DNA from: a virus
IMG/VR virus record: IMGVR_UViG_3300021085_000009
Coordinates: 64,001 to 128,000 of that record
Direction: 5' to 3' (one strand)
DNA length: 64,000 nt
Shown here: piece after piece, positions 50,871 through 59,231 of the stretch
Layout of the letters: each line of letters starts with the position of its first letter
Numbering within the stretch: position 1 is the stretch's first letter
Position numbers and translations under genes: made by a program
The notes under the pieces: generated by a model
Database searches by the model: none
Seen by the model: the letters and a program-made list of their open reading frames with translations, nothing else
What the model was told of the DNA's origin: nothing

Positions 50871-51587
50871 TCATTCTTGAGTTACAGATGTAGAGCAACC
50901 ACCAAAAGTCATACAGTCAACACTTAATGTATATGTTTGATTAGTTCCACTCATTTGCTTTAATATTAAATCAGTTCCGTATAAACCATCAAGTGTAATA
51001 TTTGCGTTATGGGTAGCACCATTACCCTTTTGACGAATAAACACGTCGTTATTATCATTGTAAATTGTAAGGTCTATATTCTTTGCACCATTACTTTGTT
51101 GCTTTATTTTAACCTCGTTATAATCTCCAGCTAGATGTAAATCAAAGTCGTGGCCATCAAGTGCACCTGTTTGGTTTGTTTGTTGAACTGCTAATTGATT
51201 GTTGTCGCCATATAAGGTAATATCTATTTCGTGTCCACCACTCTCATAGTTATCTACCCACCAAGTTAAATCGGTATCAGAATCAAGTGTAGTCCATGCA
51301 GCACCTTGAGCAAGTTTCATCTGATTACCAGTACCACTTATTTCGTCAAAGGTAATTTTATTAGGAAGTCCACCTGTTGTTGTATTAACCTGCACTAAAT
51401 ACATATCTAAATTAGATGCTGTAATGTATGAATTAGTGTCTAACATCTCAACGTTATTATTAAACCCATATTGATCAATGCCTAATTGAAAGTTATCTCC
51501 AGATTGTTCTAATGATATTAGGTTATCATCAGCAAAACAAATTGCTGGAAGTAATAATACGCTTAAAATAAATATAATTTCTTTCAT
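50871..51587 (-). CDS. Secreted curlin-repeat protein (CsgA/CsgB-like)
   Basis: Signal peptide; EQSGDN..IDQYGFNN, LYGDNNQLAVQQ, LAGDYNEVKIKQQ repeats. Confidence 0.7.
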   Translation of the reverse strand: MKEIIFILSVLLLPAICFADDNLISLEQSGDNFQLGIDQYGFNNNVEMLDTNSYITASNLDMYLVQVNTTTGGLPNKITFDEISGTGNQMKLAQGAAWTTLDSDTDLTWWVDNYESGGHEIDITLYGDNNQLAVQQTNQTGALDGHDFDLHLAGDYNEVKIKQQSNGAKNIDLTIYNDNNDVFIRQKGNGATHNANITLDGLYGTDLILKQMSGTNQTYTLSVDCMTFGGCSTSVTQE

Positions 51588-52697
51588 TTAATTCACCTGA
51601 TTTATATAGATGAGAATGTCGTCACCCTCATTTCCTGTAATTATTCCGTCCCATGTTGGTGTGTATGCATCTATTGTAAAATTACCACCAGCACCAATTT
51701 TTAATCTTATAGAACCATTTATATTTCTATATAATACTAAAGAACCATCTTGTAAAAATACATTAAACTGTGATTCATCATTAAATCCTCTTGTTGCACC
51801 TTTAATATCAAATTCGCCTAATGTGTCGAAAAGATCAGAACTATCTATAATATCTAATACATCAACTAAAAACTCTACATCTAATTCGTCAATATCTAAT
51901 TCACTGAATTCGTCCAATTCATCTTCTTCAAGCTCATCTTTTTCTAATTCAGTAAACTCTAAAAAATCTATATCTAATATGCCTTGATCTTCATTAGCGT
52001 CATCGGCCATTTCTTCTCTTATCCTCTCCTTTACTTCTGGAGGAGGTGATACAATAAACATGTTATCAATTAATGATGGTGTAATACCATTTACTTTAAT
52101 TGCTTGTGTTGGTGATGAATCTAATGTTGCTACCATTGTTGCGGCATAGGCTTCGTTTAATGTAACTACTCCACCTTCATTAGAAACTACTATTTCGCCA
52201 GATGGGTCACCGTTTTCATCTGGTAGTAATATGATTAGGCTTCTACCTAACTCATCTACTGTTGTTGTAAAATCAGTACCCCGTACAGCTATTGAGGCTG
52301 TAGGAGTTTTAATATCAATATTGGCTTTATTCACTAATCCTAATCTTCCAGATGCGAATCTTGCCGTTCCCATTGTAAACTTCATACTCATCTTTGAGAG
52401 TGAAGGATCAGGGTCATAATATATTTCGTCTATTAGTACTTCAGAATGTTCCTTTAAAGATAGTTGAGCTTTATCTAAAAACTCAATAAGCATTCTTCCG
52501 TTACCAGTTTTTGCTTCATCATTTAATTCAATAGGTATCTGATTAGATACTTTTATCTCTTCATTGTTACGTACAATCTGGCTTACACCAGTCGACTCTA
52601 CTATATCACCAATGGAATCTGCTTCAACCCCACTGGCGAATAGTATAAGACTAACTATCGTTAGCTGCGTCTTTCTGATTAATTTGTATGGTAGCAT
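51588..52697 (-). CDS. FecR-domain periplasmic protein with an acidic tract
   Basis: KTGNGRMLIEFLD..LKEHSEVLIDE, IKTPTASIAVRGTDF. Confidence 0.85.
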   Translation of the reverse strand: MLPYKLIRKTQLTIVSLILFASGVEADSIGDIVESTGVSQIVRNNEEIKVSNQIPIELNDEAKTGNGRMLIEFLDKAQLSLKEHSEVLIDEIYYDPDPSLSKMSMKFTMGTARFASGRLGLVNKANIDIKTPTASIAVRGTDFTTTVDELGRSLIILLPDENGDPSGEIVVSNEGGVVTLNEAYAATMVATLDSSPTQAIKVNGITPSLIDNMFIVSPPPEVKERIREEMADDANEDQGILDIDFLEFTELEKDELEEDELDEFSELDIDELDVEFLVDVLDIIDSSDLFDTLGEFDIKGATRGFNDESQFNVFLQDGSLVLYRNINGSIRLKIGAGGNFTIDAYTPTWDGIITGNEGDDILIYINQVN

Positions 52698-53388
52698 TAT
52701 CTGACGTAATATCTAAATTAATGATAGCATTAGGAGTTGCACAAGGTGAACCTCCAACACAAGTACCTGAAATTTGATTAATATCAACGTCACCACTATC
52801 TCCATTCCACTCTACAGTTAATGATTGAGAACCATCGTTTTGTAATGTGTTAAAGTTATTGCTGTCGCCAGTAATATCAAAATTCCAAGTTATATCATCA
52901 GATTCAAAATCTAAATCAAATACGTTTGAACTACCTAATAGAATTAAATCAGCATCTAGTCTTTCTGCACTTGCTCCAACTTTACCTTGATCTATATCAA
53001 ATGTATTACTGTCTCCAGTAATAGCAAAGGCGTAATTAGAAGAATCTGAACTTCCGGTATCTCCAATATTCCAATCAACTTCGTTTGAATCTCCAGTTAA
53101 TGAAAATGTCAAAGAAGATGAATCTAAGACTAAAGGTCCGAAGATTAAATTCTGATTACCAATCATATCTAAATCAAAAGTTAAAGATGAACCCACTACG
53201 GTCATATCAGACCCACTTGATGAAAAATCATCTAGACCAATTTTGTTACCATAACCCACTTGATCTATAAATAATGTTAAAGTATCACCTGTCTGATCTA
53301 TTCTAATTTCGTTATCATCTGTAGCTTGTGCGAAAACAAACGGTGTTGATAACAATCCAAGGATAGTTATACTTAAAAATTTATTCAT
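52651..53388 (-). CDS. Secreted curlin-repeat protein (CsgA/CsgB-like)
   Basis: Signal peptide MNKFLSITILG..VFA; repeated hxhxGDSN units, IDQxG; start moved to 53388. Confidence 0.75.
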   Translation of the reverse strand: MNKFLSITILGLLSTPFVFAQATDDNEIRIDQTGDTLTLFIDQVGYGNKIGLDDFSSSGSDMTVVGSSLTFDLDMIGNQNLIFGPLVLDSSSLTFSLTGDSNEVDWNIGDTGSSDSSNYAFAITGDSNTFDIDQGKVGASAERLDADLILLGSSNVFDLDFESDDITWNFDITGDSNNFNTLQNDGSQSLTVEWNGDSGDVDINQISGTCVGGSPCATPNAIINLDITSDNATIQINQKDAANDS

Positions 53389-54340
53389 TTTCGTTTTCCT
53401 CTTTATGTGTATGCCTTTCGTTTTTCCCATCAACTTGATGAGGATGTCTATGGCCTACGGTTAAATTCCAGAACTTACGGTCGTGACCCTGGTAGATTAA
53501 TTCCAAAACTGCAGCTTCGATAGCAGCTCTAACTGCATATGTAACTGACTCATTATTACCCACGCCGTCCTCGTATTCTATAAGTTGTGTTCCTTGTTCA
53601 ATAAACCTAAACAAGTCTCCACCACTTCCGTAAGATAATACCGATTTCTTACTTTGGACGTTTAACAAAACTTCACCTGTTAATACTGACACCGCTCTCA
53701 CAGATACAGTAACAACATCTTTACGATACATTTTACTAAAACCTATACCAAGTGTTCGTGCACCACGACCACCTGTTTCAGTGTTAGTATCATAACCAAT
53801 AATACCCCCTTCTATAATCATTCCGGCGAATAGAAGAGGTCCAACTCCTTTGGCAGCCTCAGCCCCTGTGGCTTTAGCTACTTCTTGTCGGGTAGATCTT
53901 ACAATTTGTCTTTCCCTTACAAGATTATCAATCCCTTGTCTTTCTACTACTCTAAACCAAGTTCCGCCACCTGCAGTTTTGAGTGCATCTATTAGTAATT
54001 CAGTACCACCTTGGGTAACTGCAGTAGAGAACGATGCTATATTATCTACTGATTTTCTTTGACCTGTTAAATCTTTAAATCCATATACTGCAACAATAGG
54101 TTTATCTTTTGCTGGAGGTAAATTTAATAAATCTACATATGCTGGTAATCTAACTGCAGTTGGTTCATCAACGCAGATATATTTCCTAGCCATGGTTTTT
54201 TGTAGACCCATTTGTAAATGTCTATTAAAACCTTCATCATACTTACCTGCTAAATCATTACAATCTTGGTAGTTATCACTCCATTGAGGCACTGATGCGC
54301 ATCCACTAAGCATTAATAATACTATTAGATACTTACCCAC
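53381..54340 (-). CDS. csgG: Curli secretion channel CsgG lipoprotein
   Basis: Lipobox LSGC; VAVYGFKDLTGQRK, FSTAVTQG, WFRVVERQGIDNLVRERQIVR, EGGIIGYDTN. Confidence 0.93.
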   Translation of the reverse strand: MGKYLIVLLMLSGCASVPQWSDNYQDCNDLAGKYDEGFNRHLQMGLQKTMARKYICVDEPTAVRLPAYVDLLNLPPAKDKPIVAVYGFKDLTGQRKSVDNIASFSTAVTQGGTELLIDALKTAGGGTWFRVVERQGIDNLVRERQIVRSTRQEVAKATGAEAAKGVGPLLFAGMIIEGGIIGYDTNTETGGRGARTLGIGFSKMYRKDVVTVSVRAVSVLTGEVLLNVQSKKSVLSYGSGGDLFRFIEQGTQLIEYEDGVGNNESVTYAVRAAIEAAVLELIYQGHDRKFWNLTVGHRHPHQVDGKNERHTHKEENENE

Positions 54341-54827
54341 CGTCAGAGTCCTGTCCAAAGTTTCCAGTTCCTACTGGTATTTCAATAACTGTAGTAGTTC
54401 CATCAGAATCAACTATTGTCATTTTAATATATTCGGATCCATCCTCATTTGTTAATACTTCGTATGTTACTACATTACCTTCTAAAGTAAATGAACCAAA
54501 TCTTACAGAACCATCATTACTAAACATAGATTCAACAAGCTGCTTAGACATTTGAGCATATATTCTACTTTCTAAGTTACGAATAAACTTAGCCATAGTA
54601 CTATTTGCTTCTTCTCTCTCAGCGGCTTTTCTTGCAGCCTCTAAAGCATCTTGTATTGCCTTTTTTCTTGAATGCTCTTGGTTCTCAATTGTTAAATAAT
54701 GTGCTCCAGTTCCAACTCCGCTAAAAGATGGATTTTTAAATCCAAATTTAATTTCGTCTGCTTCTACAACTAAACTCTGTGTAGAAAATATTGCTGTTAA
54801 TAGTATAATTTCAAATCGTTTTTTCAT
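54333..54827 (-). CDS. csgF: Curli assembly component CsgF
   Basis: Signal peptide then FKNPSFSG..G; LESRIYAQMSKQL; TTTVIEIP. Confidence 0.85.
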   Translation of the reverse strand: MKKRFEIILLTAIFSTQSLVVEADEIKFGFKNPSFSGVGTGAHYLTIENQEHSRKKAIQDALEAARKAAEREEANSTMAKFIRNLESRIYAQMSKQLVESMFSNDGSVRFGSFTLEGNVVTYEVLTNEDGSEYIKMTIVDSDGTTTVIEIPVGTGNFGQDSDGG

Positions 54828-55083
54828 TTTCCTTTTCTAACTCCAAGACCTTTTGTCTTTCTTTATATTCAAGTACTACTTTTATCTTTTCTTGTAATCT
54901 TATCATATCTTGATCAAGCATTCGAACCTGATCAATTAACCGTATTAAACCCATATGCATTTCTTCAAGCTTTGGCTCTAATTCAGAAGACACAAACTGC
55001 CATACATAAAATACAAAATAACCAAGTCCTACTAATGCCACTGTCTCAAATCCAAATTCGATAATTAATCCAGCTATATCCAT
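54811..55083 (-). CDS. Small single-TM coiled-coil protein
   Basis: FGF..VGLGYFVFYVW then LIRLIDQVRMLDQD. Confidence 0.7.
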   Translation of the reverse strand: MDIAGLIIEFGFETVALVGLGYFVFYVWQFVSSELEPKLEEMHMGLIRLIDQVRMLDQDMIRLQEKIKVVLEYKERQKVLELEKENEKTI

Positions 55084-55379
55084 TAGTCTCTTCTTGTGTC
55101 TATTTTTCCATCCTCTGCAAAATTTTCAGCTCGGGCCACTCTGTCAATAGGAGGGGTTAACTCTAATGCACTAGATACTAATAAATCAATTTTAATAATT
55201 TCATTATTCATAGATCTAGCCCTATTTTCTAAAGATTTAGTAAATATTGTTAAGGTACTTATTTGATCTAATACGCCACCAAATATTTGTTTAATTACTA
55301 TAAATACAAAGACGCCACATGCTATAGCAGCTGCTATAGGCACGCCCACATCTTTAATTAAAGCAAACAAATCTTCCAT
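55083..55379 (-). CDS. Small single-TM coiled-coil protein (probable paralog of neighbour)
   Basis: DVGVPIAAAIACGVFVFIVI then LENRARSMNNEIIKID. Confidence 0.7.
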   Translation of the reverse strand: MEDLFALIKDVGVPIAAAIACGVFVFIVIKQIFGGVLDQISTLTIFTKSLENRARSMNNEIIKIDLLVSSALELTPPIDRVARAENFAEDGKIDTRRD

Positions 55380-55385
55380 ATAATC

Positions 55386-55393
55386 TATTTATA
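55386..55393 (-). promoter_or_regulatory. Late promoter TATAAATA heading the curli operon
   Basis: Exact consensus 6 nt upstream of ATG 55379. Confidence 0.8.
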
Positions 55394-55404
55394 AGATTAA
55401 TTGT

Positions 55405-55722
55405 TTAGAACGATATTGATTGTCCACAGCCGCAGGACGCGACTTCATTTGGATTTAAGAATTTGAATTCTGAATTTAGACCCTTGGTTTGGTAATCAAG
55501 GGTCATATTCATAAAATTGTGTAAATGGCCTGTTTCAATAACCAAGACATAATCGCCATAATCGATTATGTGATCGTCTGCATTACTGTCAGTAACAAAT
55601 ACAAACTCGTATTTCCAACCGTTGCAACCAGCAGGAAGAAGCCCAATTCTGATAATATTTTCACCAGCCTTACGTGTCTTTTCGACGAGTTTTTCATGTG
55701 CTTTCTCGGTTATATCTATCAT
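55405..55722 (-). CDS. iscA: HesB/IscA A-type Fe-S carrier
   Basis: ITEKA, GCNGWKY, FLNPNEVASCGCGQS. Confidence 0.9.
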   Translation of the reverse strand: MIDITEKAHEKLVEKTRKAGENIIRIGLLPAGCNGWKYEFVFVTDSNADDHIIDYGDYVLVIETGHLHNFMNMTLDYQTKGLNSEFKFLNPNEVASCGCGQSISF

Positions 55723-55733
55723 ACGGCATTAAA

Positions 55734-55982
55734 TTAATTGCTGTAAGCGACTTTAACTACTTTAAATCCTGCACCACCTTCTAAAGTATTATCAGGTGCT
55801 TTGGATAATACAATTTCTGTATTAGCTAACATCTGTATAGTACCTACGGTAGCTCCACCAGCTGACTTCTGTGTTACAGTTCCAGCTGCAGTTGCTAATA
55901 CTCTAACAACTGTTGCAGAACCTACTGTGGTAGCTGATGTAAGATCTGTTTGTGATCCTAAAAGTTTAATTATGCTTGCCAT
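55734..55982 (-). CDS. Small probable virion protein
   Basis: Beta-rich; AGGAG RBS. Confidence 0.6.
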   Translation of the reverse strand: MASIIKLLGSQTDLTSATTVGSATVVRVLATAAGTVTQKSAGGATVGTIQMLANTEIVLSKAPDNTLEGGAGFKVVKVAYSN

Positions 55983-55995
55983 TTCTTTTCTCCTA

Positions 55996-56187
55996 TTATG
56001 AACTGATTAAATTAAGTTCATTTATTGATTTATGCCAGTCTGAGTATCTAAAAAGACCTTGCTTTTCATGACACCAATACCAACCTTTACTTTCTTGTTC
56101 CTCTTGTGGAATACTAGATTCGACCTTTAAAGGGCCTCCAGTCTTCCCATAAGTCTTTCTGCTCTGTTCGTTACTTGCTTGTACCAT
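55996..56187 (-). CDS. Hypothetical protein overlapping the 3' end of the lysozyme; start uncertain
   Basis: GWYWCHEK..FRYSDW fills the gap in the operon. Confidence 0.4.
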   Translation of the reverse strand: MVQASNEQSRKTYGKTGGPLKVESSIPQEEQESKGWYWCHEKQGLFRYSDWHKSINELNLISS

Positions 56188-56597
56188 CTTGAATCTCTCC
56201 CTTCAACAGCCGCTACCGGCCAATCACCACATTGCAGCGCTGCGTTGTGTTTTTTAAATTTACTTAAGCGCGTAAGTCCCATGTTGAACATCATGTTCGC
56301 AATGACTTGTTTCACTTCTTGTGGATATCCATCCCACCCGTCGTGTAATTTTTTACAATCCTCGATTACTGTTTCTACATCCTTGGCAAAACATTCAATG
56401 ACTCTATCCTCTGCCACTGCAGTACCGACCTCCAACCCATGTTCTGGGTCTCCTTCAAGTACCAAGTGTCCAATGCCAAATGTAGCATAACCGAGGTGAT
56501 CATGATAAATTTCATTTACTTGTCCCTCGTCTATAATTAATTGTTCTCTTAACTGATCTACATCAATCACCGTTTTTTCTTCTTTATTCCAAAACAT
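56127..56597 (-). CDS. T4-type lysozyme (GH24) endolysin
   Basis: E-x8-D-x5-T triad in DEGQVNEIYHDHLGYATFGIGH; NMMFNMG; DSRWYKQVTNRA. Confidence 0.93.
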   Translation of the reverse strand: MFWNKEEKTVIDVDQLREQLIIDEGQVNEIYHDHLGYATFGIGHLVLEGDPEHGLEVGTAVAEDRVIECFAKDVETVIEDCKKLHDGWDGYPQEVKQVIANMMFNMGLTRLSKFKKHNAALQCGDWPVAAVEGRDSRWYKQVTNRAERLMGRLEAL

Positions 56598-56598
56598 T

Positions 56599-56961
56599 TT
56601 ATTCTCCTGTTACTAATTCCAAATGCTTTGTTTGGAATTCATCTGAGCTTTTTAATCCAGCCCACCATTTAACAAATAGCGCTTGGTATGCTAATTCGTT
56701 TTCAGCATTATGAGGATGGGTACCTACAAGCACATCTGTCTGTTCGTCATCTGGTATAGTAAACACCATTGACTTTGTAGTAAGAATAGTATCATCAACA
56801 TAACCGTGATATGTATGAGATATAAGATCTCCGTCATCATTTGTGTATGTGCCATTTATTACACTCGTATCAGAATGTTTTTCTAGTGTAACATTAATTG
56901 ATTTTGTTACATCAGATTCATCTCTTACAACGTCTGTTTTTATATGTACGTGTATAGTCAT
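56599..56961 (-). CDS. Hypothetical acidic protein (paralog of 56974-57291)
   Basis: Shared IP.D.Q..PH..ENE.A(Y/F)QA...W pattern. Confidence 0.65.
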   Translation of the reverse strand: MTIHVHIKTDVVRDESDVTKSINVTLEKHSDTSVINGTYTNDDGDLISHTYHGYVDDTILTTKSMVFTIPDDEQTDVLVGTHPHNAENELAYQALFVKWWAGLKSSDEFQTKHLELVTGE

Positions 56962-56973
56962 ATTATTTTCCTT

Positions 56974-57291
56974 TTAAATATATTCCAATTCAGCAGATAC
57001 ACACCAAGTTTGGTATGCAGCTTGAAATGCCATTTCATTTTCATGAACATGTGGCTCTTCATGTGTTGCTGTCGTTCTTTGATCTTCAGGTATACTATAA
57101 ACTTTTGTATATGTATCGATTAGATCGCTTTCATTAGCTACTGATACCTCAAACTCTTCGGTATTTCCATCACTATCTACGACATGGCTTTGAACCTCTA
57201 TAGTACTTGTGGAATATTTTTTAAAATTCCACGTAATAGAAGTACTTTCGCCTGCTTCATTTCTTTCAACTGTATATGTAGATGTTATCAT
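56974..57291 (-). CDS. Hypothetical acidic protein (paralog of 56599-56961)
   Basis: IPEDQ..PHVHENEMAFQAAYQTW. Confidence 0.65.
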   Translation of the reverse strand: MITSTYTVERNEAGESTSITWNFKKYSTSTIEVQSHVVDSDGNTEEFEVSVANESDLIDTYTKVYSIPEDQRTTATHEEPHVHENEMAFQAAYQTWCVSAELEYI

Positions 57292-57303
57292 TTTAAATTC
57301 TCC

Positions 57304-58083
57304 TTAGAAACAAGCGGTGGATGTAGCGACACCACGTGCATATAGTAAATAACTGCCTAAAACGCCATCAGCATATCCAGACTTTCTCGCTCTTGCAGTA
57401 ATAAAGGTATAAGCATTTATAGTATTGCTGTTGTAACATTCAGCATTTGCATTTGCTTTAAATTGAAATCCTACTGATTGGTTATTACTTACATTCTGAT
57501 ACGTGTTATCCGCGGCAGCGTAAGTTGCTCCTGTTGGTGTACTAGTTCCACTAGCAGCGGCCGATCCAAAAGTACCAGTTGTAGTAGGAGTAGTCCAATC
57601 TAATGCAATAGAAGTAACGCCTGTTACATTAAATCTTCCCATCGTTACGTAAGTTGTACTTAAAGTTGTACCACTTCCAGATGTATTATAATAAGTTGAA
57701 GAGTTAACAGATGCTTGTTCTTTTATTTCTAAGTAAACATAAGGATCTGCTCTTCTCAATCTTACAAAAAATCCACCACCAGCGTTAAATACAATAGAGC
57801 CAGAAATCGACCTAGTTGAATAAGCAGCATATTGCGTGGTACCACTAGAGGCTTGTCGCATATAGTTAGTAGTAGTCATTGTAGACAATGAAGATGCTCC
57901 ATAGAAATCAGCAAAATCTATCTCTGTACCTAGTGTACTATTAATAGTTCTACCAGCTGCAGCCGTTAAATTTCTAATATCAGTATCATTTAACGAAGAG
58001 ATTGATGTGGCCGCATAACCAGACCCTGCAGCCTCCACGTGAATATCTGCTAATGATATTGGTCCTGATGTTTGTAATGCCAT
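57304..58083 (-). CDS. Putative fibre-tip adhesin-like virion protein
   Basis: MALQTSGPISLADI..DFYG N-terminus; S/T/G/Y-rich beta domain. Confidence 0.6.
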   Translation of the reverse strand: MALQTSGPISLADIHVEAAGSGYAATSISSLNDTDIRNLTAAAGRTINSTLGTEIDFADFYGASSLSTMTTTNYMRQASSGTTQYAAYSTRSISGSIVFNAGGGFFVRLRRADPYVYLEIKEQASVNSSTYYNTSGSGTTLSTTYVTMGRFNVTGVTSIALDWTTPTTTGTFGSAAASGTSTPTGATYAAADNTYQNVSNNQSVGFQFKANANAECYNSNTINAYTFITARARKSGYADGVLGSYLLYARGVATSTACF

Positions 58084-58093
58084 ATATTATCCC

Positions 58094-58822
58094 CTATTCA
58101 CAAGCCGTTGCTGTTGCTGACGTTTCTGCACTATAATCGTGCTCTGCAACTAAAGTATCTTGAAAACCACTACCTCTAAGGTAGATTTGAACATTTCCAG
58201 TTGCTTCTCTTATAGATGTATTAAAACATTCTGCAGATGCTTGAACATATAACGTAGCTGAATGCGAAAAGTTTGTTCCAGTAGTTGCTATCCAGCCAGT
58301 AGATCCATTTGATAAAAACCCGGTTGGCCCTGATGCAAGCAAAGAAGCAGTAAAGTTTATTTTAATATGACTAATTTGACTTATTGTATTCGTGCTATAC
58401 GACATTAATTTCTCTGTGGTACTTAACGTGTAATTTACACCATTTTTACGGTATAGACTGTTTGAACTACTATAAGCTTCTTTTACATAGTAATATGATC
58501 CATATGCATTAGTATTTACTCTAACGGTAAATCCAGCTTTAGGAGCAGCAGCATTTGGTGGAATACCGCTACCTGTGCTAAACTTATAACTATACAGACT
58601 AGTACCACTAGCACTTGCAAACTGAACAAGACTTGATGTAGCAGCTGGGTATGGAACAGCGTGTGTATAACCACTAAACTCTTTCACACCATACTGCGCG
58701 CCGTCAGCAGGATCAGAACCAGCTGTAGCATTATTGGACAATGTTTCTAATGAATGACTATCAACACTAGTAACTTCAGTATTAATTGCTTTCATAGATA
58801 TATTTGAACTTGGTATTGGCAT
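58094..58822 (-). CDS. Putative fibre-tip adhesin-like virion protein (paralog)
   Basis: MPIPSSNISMKAINTE..EFSGY; AECFN and terminal ATACE mirror the neighbour's AECYN/STACF. Confidence 0.6.
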   Translation of the reverse strand: MPIPSSNISMKAINTEVTSVDSHSLETLSNNATAGSDPADGAQYGVKEFSGYTHAVPYPAATSSLVQFASASGTSLYSYKFSTGSGIPPNAAAPKAGFTVRVNTNAYGSYYYVKEAYSSSNSLYRKNGVNYTLSTTEKLMSYSTNTISQISHIKINFTASLLASGPTGFLSNGSTGWIATTGTNFSHSATLYVQASAECFNTSIREATGNVQIYLRGSGFQDTLVAEHDYSAETSATATACE

Positions 58823-59088
58823 TACTTAATAATCCCCGTAATTAAATCCTCGAATTGTTCTATTTTGTCAACTCTATTGGGCCATAGAATATATTCTTTT
58901 TCAGGATTTTTCTTTAAATTTGTTAACAAAGGCAATATAGCATTATATAATTTATTTAGTTTTTCTTCGGTTTCTTGTAAACTAGCTGATGTATCAGAAG
59001 CCGCTGTTGTAACCTTTTGTACTGCTTCTAATTCATTTTCATCAACAGCTGTAAAGCCAAAATCGAAATCTAAATTTATATCTGCCAT
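58822..59088 (-). CDS. Conserved hypothetical phage protein
   Basis: FDFGFTAVDE..LPLLTNLKKNPEKEYILWPNR. Confidence 0.7.
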   Translation of the reverse strand: MADINLDFDFGFTAVDENELEAVQKVTTAASDTSASLQETEEKLNKLYNAILPLLTNLKKNPEKEYILWPNRVDKIEQFEDLITGIIK

Positions 59089-59090
59089 TT

Positions 59091-59231
59091 TTATACCTCG
59101 TAACTATTTATATGCTTATGCTTCTCTTTCCTAGGAATTTTCTTAGTTTTATCTTCCTGGATTTTGGTTAAAGCATGCAGTGGAACTATCTTCCTAACTT
59201 TTATATTTCTATTATTAAACGTCAGTTTCAT
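59091..59231 (-). CDS. 46-aa basic protein, ArfA-like tail (not in ORF track)
   Basis: MKLTFNNRNIKVRKIVPLHALTKIQEDKTKKIPRKEKHKHINSYEV. Confidence 0.5.
   Translation of the reverse strand: MKLTFNNRNIKVRKIVPLHALTKIQEDKTKKIPRKEKHKHINSYEV
59105..59112 (-). promoter_or_regulatory. Late promoter TATAAATA
   Basis: Exact consensus upstream of ATG 59088. Confidence 0.7.

Noticed and set aside
48947-55722. Curli/cyclase/iscA block as host-DNA contamination or chimeric assembly
   Set aside because: Headed by a T4 late promoter, tightly packed, similar AT content and flanked by phage genes; read-level confirmation is still advisable.
55996-56187. ORF nested in the lysozyme end as an Rz/Rz1 spanin
   Set aside because: No lipobox or TM helix.
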